From Malacoraja senta (Eukaryota): DNA of 64,000 nucleotides. A model generated the notes under the pieces. The model was not told the origin of the DNA and made no database searches. It saw only the letters and a list, made by a program, of their open reading frames with translations. The stretch's first letter is position 1. Each line of letters begins with the position of its first letter. Both the position numbers and the translations under genes were made by a program. The stretch covers positions 1,800,001 through 1,864,000 of the forward strand of contig CM075996.1 in NCBI GenBank assembly GCA_038087875.1, written 5' to 3'. Shown here in pieces: positions 25,446 through 36,300 of the stretch.

Positions 25446-26224
25446 AAATATGTTCCCCTTCACCTTAAACCTATGTACTCTGTTCCTCGATTCACCTACT
25501 CTGGGCAAGAGACTCTGTGCATCTATTCCACTTATGATTTTATACACCTCTATAAGATCACCTCTTCAGGGCTCCAAGGAATAGAGTCCCAGCCTACTCA
25601 ACCTCTCCCTATAGCTCACACCCTCTAGCCCTGGCAACATCGTTGTAAATCTTCTCTGTACCCTTGATAGACACAAAATGCTGGAATAACTCAATGGGTC
25701 AGACAGCAACTCTTGAGAGAGGGAATGGGTGACGTTTCGGGTCGAGACCCTTCTTCAGAATTGTTTGAATAGGAATCTGAGGGTTAACTTTTTCACACAA
25801 AGGGTGGTGGGCGTATAGAACAAGCTGCCAGAGGAAGTCTTTTCGTAAGGGTCTCGACCCGAAATGTCACCCATTCCTTCTCTCCAGGGATGTTGCCTGT
25901 CCCGCTGAGTTACTCCAGCATTTTGTGTCTATCTTTGGTTTGAACCAGCATCTGCAGTTCCTTCCCACAAAATTCTCTGTACTCTTTCCAGCTTGACAAC
26001 ATCTTTCCTGTAACACGGTGCCCAGAACCGAACACAATAATTCTTGCGCCGTTCTGTCCTATGTTGAACTGGAAGGTCCTTGAGGAACCAAGTTGTGGCC
26101 ATGATCTGCTGCGTGTCCACGGCGGGTTGGTGAATGGAGAGAGACTTGTCAGAGAACAGCTGGAGTTAGATTGAGGAGTGGAAGGAGACAAGAGGGACGT
26201 AAATCTACGAGTGATGAACAAGCC

Positions 26225-26400
26225 TGTCAAACATCTGTTGAAGCCAGAAGGAGCAGCCAGCATGGGTTAGGATGCTGCAGGTCACACCTCATGAATCTAA
26301 TGGAGTTCTTGCAGGAAGTAAATTAACAAATGAAGGATATTCAGTGAACAGAGCATATGTGTGATCTTGGACGGTTCACCACAAATGTTCTTTGAGTGCA
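26225..26400 (+). mobile_element. Highly decayed ancient CR1 RT fragment
   Basis: AGCCAGCATGGGTTAGGATGCTGCAGGTCACACCTCATGAATCTAATGGAGTTCTTGCAGGAAGTA translates SQHGLGCCRSHLMNLMEFLQEV, versus [22 protein letters not shown] in the young CR1 at 42.8 kb. Confidence 0.65.
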
Positions 26401-27255
26401 CACATCCAGAAGATCACGTCTTGTACAGGATAAATTTATGTTGAGCCAAACACTACTCTCTTTTCAGTGAAGCTGGTGGGTGATTGGAACGTACTGCCGA
26501 GTGGAGGAAGATATGATAGTGGTGTTGAAGAGGATTTTAGATAGGCACATGGATATGTTCATAGGAGCAGAGTTAGGCCAATCGGCCCATTGATTCAATC
26601 ATGGCTGATCTATCTTTCCCTTTCATCCGCATTCTCCCCGTAACCCCTGACTGACACCCGTATTAATCAAGAATCTCTGCTTTAAAAATATCCACTGACT
26701 TGGCCTCCACAGCCGTCTGTGGCAATGGATTCCACAGATTCACCGCCCTCTGGCTAAAGCAATTCCTCCTCATCTCGTTTCTGAAGCTGCGTGGGGAATG
26801 TCATGTGCAGGAAGAGGAGGTTAGTTTAACTTGGCATGGTGTTCAACATGGTCATTGTGGGCCAAAGGGCCAGCTCCTATGCTGTACTGTTCTATGTTTT
26901 GTCTTCTGTTTTAATTGCTTTTGTAAAATAGGAAACGAGGCATCCGAACTGTACACATCAAGTTCCCATACACAGCTGTATGGTAATAACTGGGTAACAG
27001 TCCCCATTGAAAGCTCTTGTCTGCCGACACATAGTGAAAAGCTTAGTTTCCCTGCTATCCAGTCAAATCATACTCTACCTGAGTGAAACCAAGCAGTTCA
27101 CAAGTACGACTGGAATTGCAAAGAGTGTAGAGAATGTACAGTATTACTGCTTTGAGGTTATAGATAAACGCAGATATAAAAAAGTTCAAGTGCCAGAGGG
27201 AGGTAGGTTGGAAGATAGGCCAGCAGGGTGACGCTGCGGTAGAGTTGCTGCCTTA

Positions 27256-27414
27256 AGGGCCTGTCCCACTTGGGAGTCATTTGCGTGTAATTTACGCTAC
27301 ATCATTTACGCGTCATGCCACACATGTGGTACGCATTACGCTCGCACGGGACGTACAAAATATCCGCGTGCCATCTGCGTGATGCGCAAATGACGCCCAA
27401 GTGGGACAGGCCCT
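27256..27414. mobile_element. PIF/Harbinger-type MITE inserted in an HE1 SINE head
   Basis: TIR AGGGCCTGTCCCACTTGGG / CCCAAGTGGGACAGGCCCT. TTA TSD (27253-27255, 27415-27417). The empty-site form GTTGCTGCCTTACAG is seen at about 38569. Confidence 0.88.
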
Positions 27415-28610
27415 TTACAGAGCTTGCAGCAACTCTGAGCCTATGACCTCTAGTCGCTCTTGTGAAAACATCGTCTCCACATCCACTCTATCCAAGCCTT
27501 TCACTATTCGGTAAGTTTCAATGAGGTTCCCCCTCATCCTTATAAACTCCAGCGAGTACAGGCCCAGCGCCGTCAAACGCTCATCATATGTTAAGCACCA
27601 ATGAGATACCACCACTGGTGAAGTGACAGATATCACTAGTGGGTGGCACAGTGGCACAGCGGTAGAGTTGCTGCCTTATACAGCGCTTGCAGCTCCAGAG
27701 ATCCGGGTTCGATCCCGACTATGTGTGCTGTCTGTACAGAGTATGGGCTGTATGTTTCTTCCGAGATCTTCGGTTTCCTCCCACACCACACGCCAAAGAC
27801 CTACTGCTTTGTAGGCTAATTGGCTTGGTATAAATGTAAATTGTCTCTAGTGTGTGTAGGGTGGTGTTAATGTGCGGGGATCGCTGGTTGGAGTGGACTC
27901 GGTGGGCCGAAGGGCCTGTTGTCGTGCTGTATCTCTAAACTAAACTAAATCAGGACGACACCCCAGCTTATTCGAGGACCATTCAGTAGGCTGATAGGTA
28001 GAAGCAGGTTATCAGGAGGAGGACATTCGGCCCATCGAGACCGCCCACTGTTCTCTGAGCCAATGCAATTCATCTCTCTTCTTTCTACATTCCTAATATT
28101 CTTGTTTAAACAAAATCTATTGATCTGAAAATTAATTATTAATTGAGCAAACACTTATTGCTTTGTGGCCTTCAGGACATCAATGCTTTGATTCACAGAC
28201 CTGACAAGGCAAATAATTCATGATACGCAGACTTAAAATGAGCTTGACATTTCTATGATGGAATGTTTCCATGCATATACTTTTTTGGTCTCTTTAGACT
28301 TTGGAGATACAGAGCGGGAACAGAACCCCGAGTCCGCGCCGACCAGCGATCACCCCTGTACGTTGGCACATGAGGGATAATTAACCAATTTTTTCCCGAA
28401 ACCAATTACCGTATTGGAGTGTGCGTCTTTGGAGTGTGGGAGGAAACCGGAGCGCCCGGAGAAAACCCACGCAGGTCACGGGGAGAAGGTACAAACTCCG
28501 CACAGACAGCGCCCGTGGTCAGGATGGAACCCGGGTTTCTGGCGCTGTGAGGCAAGCAGCTCTACCCGCTGCACCGACCTCTCTTGCGGGGTAAATTCGT
28601 GACTGGTTCG

Positions 28611-28897
28611 CAAGTTCAAGTGAGTTTATTGTCATGTGTCCCTGATAGGACAATGAAATTCTTGCTTTGCTTCAGCACAACAGAACATAGTAGGCATTGA
28701 CTACAAAACAGATCAGTGTGTCCATATACCATTATATAAATATATACACACATGAATAAATAAACTGATCAAGTGCAAATAACAGTTAATTGGCTAATAA
28801 AGTTCAGTGTTTTGTCCGAGCCAGGTTTAATAGCCTGATGGCTGTGGGGAAGTAGCTATTCCTGAACCTGGTCGTTGCAGTCTTCAGGCTCCTGTAC
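28611..28897 (-). mobile_element. Short 3' copy of the same Rex1/Babar family as 46859-48170
   Basis: Near-identical to 46875-47131 (caagtgagtttattgtcatgtgtccctgatagg...ggctcctgta). Confidence 0.85.
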
Positions 28898-29414
28898 TCC
28901 ATCAATGCATTTCCAGATGGGGTTTTTTTCACAGGTGGTTGCAATTGATAGGAGAAAATTGTCATTGTGAAGTTGCGAAACGCGGACTAAGATATCTTAG
29001 GGGAGCTACGGGCGACAGACAGCATAAGAAACGTGTAATTAATTTCCCCTTTCCCACACCACAGCATATGAAATTGGACACGGGAATGCATTGAATGGCT
29101 TTAAGAGCTTTTATGATAATGCAATTAATGCCAAAGTAAGGTTAACTTTGAGGATTATAATAAACACTCAGGGATACATTACAAATTGACAACCCTAGAT
29201 TTTGTAGACACAACTGTAAATTAAGTGCATTACCAATCTCTGCTTCTTAAAGATGTGTTGAACACTCAAGTGAACAGTGACGAGCAAGGTGATGTCTAAT
29301 TTTAACTCAACCTTGTGCTGGAACGAGGACCCACTGGTGTTGAAATAAGTTCCCTGTTTCCATTTTCTTATCTCAATGCTCAGTCTGAACTCACTATTCA
29401 TTCTGGGCAAGTCT

Positions 29415-29718
29415 TTAGTTTGGAGATACAGCGCGGAAACAGGCCCTTCGGCCCACCGCGTCCGCGTCGACCAGTCCCCGCACACTAACACTATCCTACA
29501 CACACCAGGGACAATTTACACTTATACCAAGCCAATTAACCTACAAACCTGCACGTCTTTGGAGTGTGGGAGGGAACCGAAGATCTCGGAGAAAACCCAC
29601 GCAGGGGTCACGGGGAGAACGTGCAAACTCCGTACAGACAGCACCCGAGGTCAGGATCGAACCCGGGTCTCTGGCGCTGAGAGGTAGCAACTCTACCCGC
29701 TGCCCCACTGTGTCACCC
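29415..29718 (-). mobile_element. HE1-type V-SINE, full length
   Basis: Reverse-complement copy. Further minus copies at about 2665-2965, 15923-16070, 21505-21645, 28295-28578, 36070-36268 and 40855-41148. Confidence 0.85.
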
Positions 29719-30170
29719 TGAGCGATTGGTTTCCCAGTACACTTGTTGTACACTCAGTAAACATATAAATCCTTTTTAATGACGGGAACATGGGACTAAC
29801 ATTGATGGAGAATTGTGGTCGGAATGGATGAGTAGGGCCGAATGGCCTGTTTCTGTGCTGTATGAGTCTATGTGGTTCTTGACCCTCGGAGAGTAGTGGC
29901 TCCTAAAATGATGATTGGGTTTAATATCAAGGTGTGGAATTACGGTCCACGCTCAAATTCCTTCATCAACAGCATTTAAATGCCATTTGCCAGGCAGCAC
30001 GGTGGGGCAGCGGGTAGAGCTGCTGCCTCACAGCGCCAGAGACCCGGGTTCGATCCTGACTACGGGTCCTGTCCGTACGGAGTTTGTACCTTCTCCCCGT
30101 GACCTGCGTGGGTTTTCTCCGGGTTCTCTGGTTTTCACCCACACTCCAAAGACGTGCAGGTTTGTAAGTT

Positions 30171-30308
30171 CTTCTTCTCGCGTATGGCGTGCACAGCCTA
30201 AAGTTGTAGAACAACTTGTTCTATTTGATCTTATTTGATTGTGCACGCCGGGTCGATTGCATTCGTCGAAACAGGGCGGACCAGGTGAAGGTTGCAATCT
30301 CCCACCCC
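30171..30308 (-). mobile_element. 138-bp non-autonomous retroposon with a 5' HDV-like ribozyme, a 3' stem-loop and a short (GAA)n tail, nested in an HE1-type SINE (possibly Ingi/Vingi-dependent)
   Basis: Interrupts an otherwise contiguous HE1 SINE. Flanked by an 11-bp TSD GTTTGTAAGTT (30160-30170) / GTTTGCAAGTT (30309-30319). The minus strand ends ...GCCATACGCGAGAAGAAG. 10-bp stem GGCGTGCACA (30186-30195) / TGTGCACGCC (30240-30249). Confidence 0.85.
30255..30308 (-). ncRNA. Minimal HDV-like (CPEB3-like) self-cleaving ribozyme, 54 nt
   Basis: Minus strand reads GGGGUGG GA GAUUGCA ACC UUCACCU GGU CCGCCCU GU UUCGA CGAA UGCAAUC. P1 is 7 bp with a G1-U wobble, P2 is a perfect 7 bp, P3 is ACC/GGU, L3 is UUCACCU (CPEB3 has UUCACGU). 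J4/2 is CGAA with the catalytic-C position at 30265. P4 is reduced to a short loop. Confidence 0.8.
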
Positions 30309-32313
30309 GTTTGCAAGTTAATTGGCTTGGTATAAGTTGTAAATTGTCCCTCGTGTGTGTAGGATAGTGTTAATGTGCGGGGATCGCTGGTCGGTACAGA
30401 CTCAGTGGGCCGAAGGGCCTGTTTCCGCTCAGTATCTCTATACTAAACTACAGAACATGGATAGGATAAGTTTCAGTTTCGGTTTCTTCTCAGCAACCAT
30501 CAGGCTATTGAACACTACAAACACCAAGGCCGCACGGTGGCACAGCAGTAATGTTGTCAATGAGATAGATGACAGCTCAGGACCGCTCTCTAGTTGGTGG
30601 TAGGATGGTTCAGTTGCCTGATAACAGCCGGGAAGAAACTGTCTCTGAATCTGGAGGTGTGTGCGTTCGTTTTCACACTTCTGTACCTCTTGCCCGATGG
30701 GAGAGGGGAGAAGGGGGAGTGGCCGGGGTGAGACTGGTCCTTGATGATGCTGCTGGCCTTGCCGAGGCAGCGCGAGGTGCAGATGGAGTCGATGGAGCGG
30801 AGGTTGGTTTGTGCGATGGTCTGGGCTGCGTCCACAATTCGCTGTAATTTCTTGCGGGTCTTGAACGGAGCTGTTCCCAAACCGTGCTGTGGTGCATCCC
30901 GATAGAATGATTTCTAGGGCGTATCTGTAGACGTTGGCAGGAGTTGTTGGGGTCATTGCCGAACGCCCTGCGTCTTCTAAGGAAGTAGAGGCTAAGTGAG
31001 CGGTGAAGCAAAGTTTGGCTGGAGGAATAAACCACAACGATGTTGGTGCCATTGCCTAATGAGATGTGAATGTGGAACAGGACATCGCCCGCTGAGCACC
31101 GCGGGGTGGAATCGCGTTCCAAGCCGCTCCGCCCATCCCCACAGCTGTTGACCCGCACCTGCACAGGATCTCAATGATAACGCTTGATCTGGCAGCTGCC
31201 ACCAGCTGTTGGAGAGGTCCTGCCCCTTCACAGAGGAACTCGCTTCGCCCCGTTTTATAAATCCTGTTGGCCTCCGCAGTTGGTGTTCATACGCTCATAG
31301 GTCAGAGGAGTAGAATTAGGCCATTCGGCCCATCAAGTCTACTCCGGCATTCAATCATGGCCGATCTATCTCTCCCTCCTAACCCCATTCTCCTGCCTTC
31401 TCCCCGTAACCCCTGACACCCGCACTAATCAAGGACCTGTCAATCTCCACTTTAAAAATACCCAATGACTTGGCATCCACCAGCAGAGACGATAGTGCCT
31501 TTTCAGAGACTTTTGGATAGGCACATGGATATGCAGGGAATGGAGGGATACGGATTATGTACAAGCAGGGAAGAGTTGTCCTCCTATCATGTTCGGCACA
31601 AACATTGTGGGCTAACGGACAATTATACTTGTGGACAAATTGTGGCCCTCAATATCAACTCCATCTGCACCTCACAGGAAAGCAGGCAAGATAATCAAGG
31701 ACCTTTCTCACCCCGGTCTTTCACTCTTCTCTCCGCTCCCGTCCGACAGAAGGTACAGAAGCTTGAAAGCGCGCACCACCAGACTCAGGAACAGCTTCTT
31801 CCCCTCTGTTATCAGGTCCTTCCGTAAGCTCGGGTGTAGTACCGATCATCCAATCTACCTCATGGCGGGCATTGGACTTTTTCTCTGGAACTATCATGCT
31901 ACATTGCTGAGAAACCATATTCTGCATTCTGGTATCTTTCTCTTTGCTCTACCTATAGTACTGGGGTCAAGGAAAGAGCGTTCACGTCGCGGCCCTGTTT
32001 CCACTGAATGAATGAATAAGTTTATTGTCCAAGTATTCACATACAAGGAATTTGCCTTGGTGCTCCGCCCACAAGTGACAACATGGAGTTAGGAGCGACA
32101 CATAAAAACATCTTTCCACCGCTACGCACAAGAAACGGAAGAACGCAAGACGCCATTGTATGCAGGTGCCGAGAAATGTGTTCAGCTCTGGCTGAACAAT
32201 CTCTAATCTTGTGAAGGGGACTCGATAAGAAGAAGGCCTATAGTACTTGTGTTTGGATCGATTGTACTCGTGTGCAGTTGTGTCTAGTTTCACTGGATAG
32301 CACGCAAACCTAA

Positions 32314-32502
32314 AGGGCCTGTCCCACTTGGGCGTCATTTGCGCGTCACGCAGATGGCACGCGAAGGTTTTGTACGTCCCAAAATCTTGGGGCGCCGTGC
32401 GGGACCGCGCCTCACTGCCTGCGTCACCACGCACCATGCGTGCATCACGTAAATGATGTCGCGTAAATTGCGCGCAAATGACTCCCAAGTGGGACTGGCC
32501 CT
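32314..32502. mobile_element. PIF/Harbinger-type MITE (same family as 27256-27414, opposite orientation)
   Basis: Same TIRs; TAA TSD (32311-32313, 32503-32505). Confidence 0.88.
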
Positions 32503-32939
32503 TAAGTCTTTCACTGCATCTTAGTACAGGTGGCGATAATAAACCAATACCTTTACTTCCAGGAAACTGTGCATTTGTACTCCAAGATCTGCACAATACT
32601 TATCAAATTCTACCCAGTGTGGTCCCAAAGTAGGAGCAAGACAACCATCTAGTGCTGTGACAGCAGTACTACAAGCAAACCCAGTCCCTGGGAATTCAAA
32701 GGCGCTGGGCCTGTACTCGCTGGAGTTTAGAAGGATGAGTGGGGGGGGAAACCTCACTGAAAGTTACCGAATAGTGAAAGGCCTGGCGAGAGTGGATATG
32801 GAGAGGATGTTTCCACTAGTGGGAGAGCCTAGGACCAGAGGGCACAGCCTCAGAATAGAAGGACGTTCCTTTAGAAAGGAGATGGGGAGGAATGTCTTTA
32901 GCCAGAGGGTGGTGAACCTGTGGAATTTATTGCCAGAGA

Positions 32940-33066
32940 GGGGATCACGACAGAAGCCTCCTCGTGGCGATCCCCGGAAACGACGACGTCAATTACGTCA
33001 ACATATTGGATGACGACAGATGCCAACTGCGAGCTCCATGTCGTCTGACACACGAGCGAATGAAAC
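32940..33066 (+). mobile_element. 127-bp non-autonomous retroposon beginning with an R2/HDV-like ribozyme core, nested in a CR1 3' fragment
   Basis: Interrupts CR1 tail sequence ttgccacagacggc. 8-bp TSD GCCAGAGA (32932-32939) / GCCACAGA (33067-33074). 5' end: GGGGATC (P1) ...GCC TCCTCGT GGC (P3/L3) GATCCCC (P1') GG (P1.1). 3' stem GACGACA/TGTCGTC followed by ACACACG. Confidence 0.75.
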
Positions 33067-33812
33067 GCCACAGACGGCGGTGGAGGACCAAGTCATTGGG
33101 CATTTCTGAAGCGGAGATTTACACATTTTTATTGAAGGGTCATCAAGGTTTAAGGCAGGAGAATGGGGGTTGAGAGGGTCAGATAGAGCAGCCATGATTG
33201 AATGGCGGAGTAGACTTGATGGTAAGGTTTAGACAAGGTTAATTCCCGGGACCGTCATATGCTGAGAGAATGGAGCAGCTGGCTTGTACACTCTGGAGTT
33301 TAGAAGGATGAGAGGGCATCTTATTGAAACATATAAGATTATTAAGGGTTTGGACACGCTAGAGGCAGGAAACATGTTCCCGATGTTGGGGGAGTCCAGA
33401 ACCAGGGGCCACACACAGTTTAAGAATAAGGGGTAAGCCATTTAGAACGGAGACGAGGAAACTCTTTTTCACACAGAGAGTTGTGAGTCTGTGGAATTCT
33501 CTGCCTCAGAGGCCGGTTCTCTGGATACTTTCAAGAGAGAGCTAGATAGGGCTCTTAAAGATAGCGGAGTCAGGGGGATATGGGGAGAAGGCAGGAACGG
33601 GGTACTGATTGGGGATGATCAGCCATGATCACAGTGAATGGCGGTGCTGGCTCGAAGGGCCGAACGGCCTACTCCTGCACCTATTGTCTATTGAGGGGCC
33701 TAATTCTGCTCCTATGACTTACGAACATGAAAGCAGACCATGGAAAGCTGTCAACTTGAAATCCCTCTCTCTAGTTACCTGAAGAAAACCAAACATCTCA
33801 TACCTCCGGGAG

Positions 33813-34055
33813 AAGTCAAGTCAAGTCACTTTTATTTCTATAGCACCTTTAAAAAACAACTCTCGTTGGCCAAAGTGCTTTACATTGGTGGAGATACTAA
33901 CGTTATACAACAGTGGTCCATAGATTAAGTACAAACATCACTACATACATACAGCCCTCGCTCAGAGGACGTCAAAAAAGGCTTGGGAGTAGAGATGAGT
34001 TTTAAGTCTCGATTTAAAGGAGTCGATGGAGGGGGCAGTTCTGATGGGAAGAGGT
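33813..34055 (-). mobile_element. L2-clade LINE extreme 3' end with (TTGAC)n tail
   Basis: Minus strand encodes PIRTAPSIDSFKSRLKTHLYSQAF, followed by the TGTAAAGCACTTTG...GGTGCTATAGAAATAAA tail. Confidence 0.75.
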
Positions 34056-34542
34056 GATGGGGTCTTCACACGGAGCTAATCAATTTCCCGGCAGTCTCTC
34101 TCACACAGAACCATCAAAAGACCTTTCCCACTGAAAGCTCCCTCCAGTCGGGCTCAAAGATCGGAAGTGTGATCCCAACAGTCAGTGAAGCGTTATATTA
34201 CTAAACAGTGGGGTCACCCTCCTGATAAATAATAGATTACAGCAGTTGATAATCAGAGGCAAACTGCGCAGTGTTAATTGCTCGGGAAAAGGTCAGAAAA
34301 ACATTAGATGTTTATATTAATTATAATTGTTTTCTTCTTTTCATCTCCGCCGCTCTCATTAACCCTGTTTTTTTTATATCATATCAAGGCCGACTGAAGT
34401 TTTCAGTCTAATCAGTCTCTAATTAGGATCTCACATCGGCCTGTACAGTCTCACTGGCATGGCCAAAGTTGTACCAAGGTATTGAATTATTAAGGGGTCC
34501 AAGGGGCAACTTTTTCCACACAGGGTGATTAAAAAACACTTG

Positions 34543-34829
34543 CGGCACGGTGGGGCAGCGGGTAGAGCTGCTGCCTCACAGCGCCAGAGACCCGGGTTCG
34601 ATCCTGACTGCGGGTGCTGTCTGTACGGAGTTTGTACGTTCTCCCTGTGACCGCGTGGGTTTTCTCCTGGATCTCAGGTTTCCTCCCACACTACAAAGAT
34701 AAGCAGGTTTGTAGGTTAATTAGCTCGGTATAATTGCAAATTGTTTTAGTGTGCGGGGATCGCTGATCGGCACAGACTCGATGGGCTGAAGGGCCTGTTT
34801 CCATGCTGTATCTCTCAACTAAACTAAAC
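34543..34829 (+). mobile_element. HE1-type V-SINE, full length
   Basis: Same A/B boxes, central domain and (CTAAA)n tail. Further plus copies at about 150-298, 18620-18860, 21222-21450, 21761-22060, 27640-27950, 38544-38836 and 48640-49222. Confidence 0.85.
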
Positions 34830-35572
34830 CTCTCTTTCTCCCCCTCTTCATTTTTCTGATCATCTCTTTTCTCCCTCTCATCTTTCCTCTGTTCCCTTCC
34901 TCAATTCTCTTCCATCTCTCACCTCTCTTTGTCTCTTAACCCCTTCCCCTCTGTCCCTCTCTCTGCTTCTACAGAATCTCCCTCTCCTTTCTCTCTCTCT
35001 GTCTCCCCTCCCTCTCTCTCTCTCCCCCTCCCTCTCTCTCTCTCCCCCTCCCTCCCTCTCTCCCCCCTCCCTCTCTCTCTCTCCCCCTCCCTCTCTCTCT
35101 CTCTCCCCCTCCCTCTCTCTGTCTCTCCTCCCTCTCTCCCTCTCTCTCTCCCTCCCTCTCTCTCTCCCTCCCTCTCTCTCTCCCTCCCTCTCTCTCTCCC
35201 CTCCCTCTCTCTGTCTCCCACTCTCTCTCTCTCCCCTCCCTCTCTCTGTCTCCCACTCTCTCTCTCTCCCCTCCCTCTCTCTGTCTCCCCTCCCTCTCTC
35301 TCTCTCCCCCTCCCTCTCTCTCTCTCCCACTCTCTCTCTCTCCCTCCCTCTCTCTCTCCCCTCCCTCTCTCTCTCCCCTCCCTCTCTCTGTCTCCCCTCC
35401 CTCTCTCTCTCTCCCCCTCCCTCTCTCTCTCTCTCTCCCCCTCCCCCTCTCTCCCCCTCTCTCTCTCCCCCCCCTCTCTCTCACCCCCCCCTCTCTCTCA
35501 CCCCCCTCTCTCTCTCCCTCCCTCTCTCCCCCCTCTCTCTCTCTCCCTCTCCACTTCTTTCCCTTTCTCTCT
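34830..35572. repeat. Long polypyrimidine (CT/CCCT)n tract
   Basis: Direct inspection. A mirror polypurine tract lies at 54380-54900 and (GAGAGAGAC)n/(CA)n at 53733-54022. Confidence 0.95.
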
Positions 35573-36300
35573 CGGGCAAGAGGAATTAATGGAGGTCCCA
35601 GCTGAGAGGACCGCTTCATTACTTCAATTAACTTGGGCGGGGAGAGAAGGGCAGAGAGCGTGGATTCTGCACAGAGCAGGCAACCCATCACGGGATCCGC
35701 ACACATACGTGATCAGCCCTTGGCGTGTTCCATGTTCAGAATCCCAGCACAGGCACTAATTATTCGTCCTGGAGACACCTCCCCTCCGATACACACCCGA
35801 GTGTCTTCATCATGTCCATGTGATGTGAGCAGAATTAGGCCATTCGGCCCATCAAGTCTACACCGCCATTCAACCATGGCTGATCTATCTCTCCCTCTCA
35901 ACCCCATTCTCCTGCCTTCTCCCCGTAACCCCTGACACCTGTACTAATATCTATCTATCTCTGCCTTGGATATATCCCGCTTAACATTGCCTGAGGGGAA
36001 CAGTTTGCGTTACCTGCGATCAACGGGCAGCGTGATGGAGACAACGTCCCTGCTGCCCACCTCCTTCAGACTTCAGAGATACAGCGCAGAAACAGGCCCT
36101 TCGGCCCATCGCGTCCGTGCCGACCAGCGATCCCCACACACTAACACTATCCTACACACACTATTACCAAGCCAATGTACATGCAAACCTGTACGTCTTT
36201 GGAGTGCTGGAGGAAACCGGAGCACCCGGAGAAAACCCACGCAGGTCACGGGGAGAACGTACAAACGTACAAAGTCATGAGAGGAATAGATTGGGTAGAT

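Larger units (their letters stand above)
29993..30450 (+). mobile_element. HE1-type tRNA-derived V-SINE (full length, hosting the ribozyme insert)
   Basis: A box GGTGGGGCAGCGG, B box GGTTCGATCC, central domain GAGTTTGTAC..TTCTCCCCGTGACCTGCGTGGGTTTTCTCC, CR1-like tail GGGCCGAAGGGCCTGTTTCC...TAAAC. Confidence 0.85.

Noticed and set aside
29993..30065. tRNA-like A/B boxes (many copies)
   Set aside because: These are SINE heads followed by the V-domain and LINE tail; no complete cloverleaf.
34929..35759. 276-aa Ser/Leu/Pro-rich ORF and opposite-strand Glu/Arg/Gly ORFs
   Set aside because: Artefact of the polypyrimidine tract.
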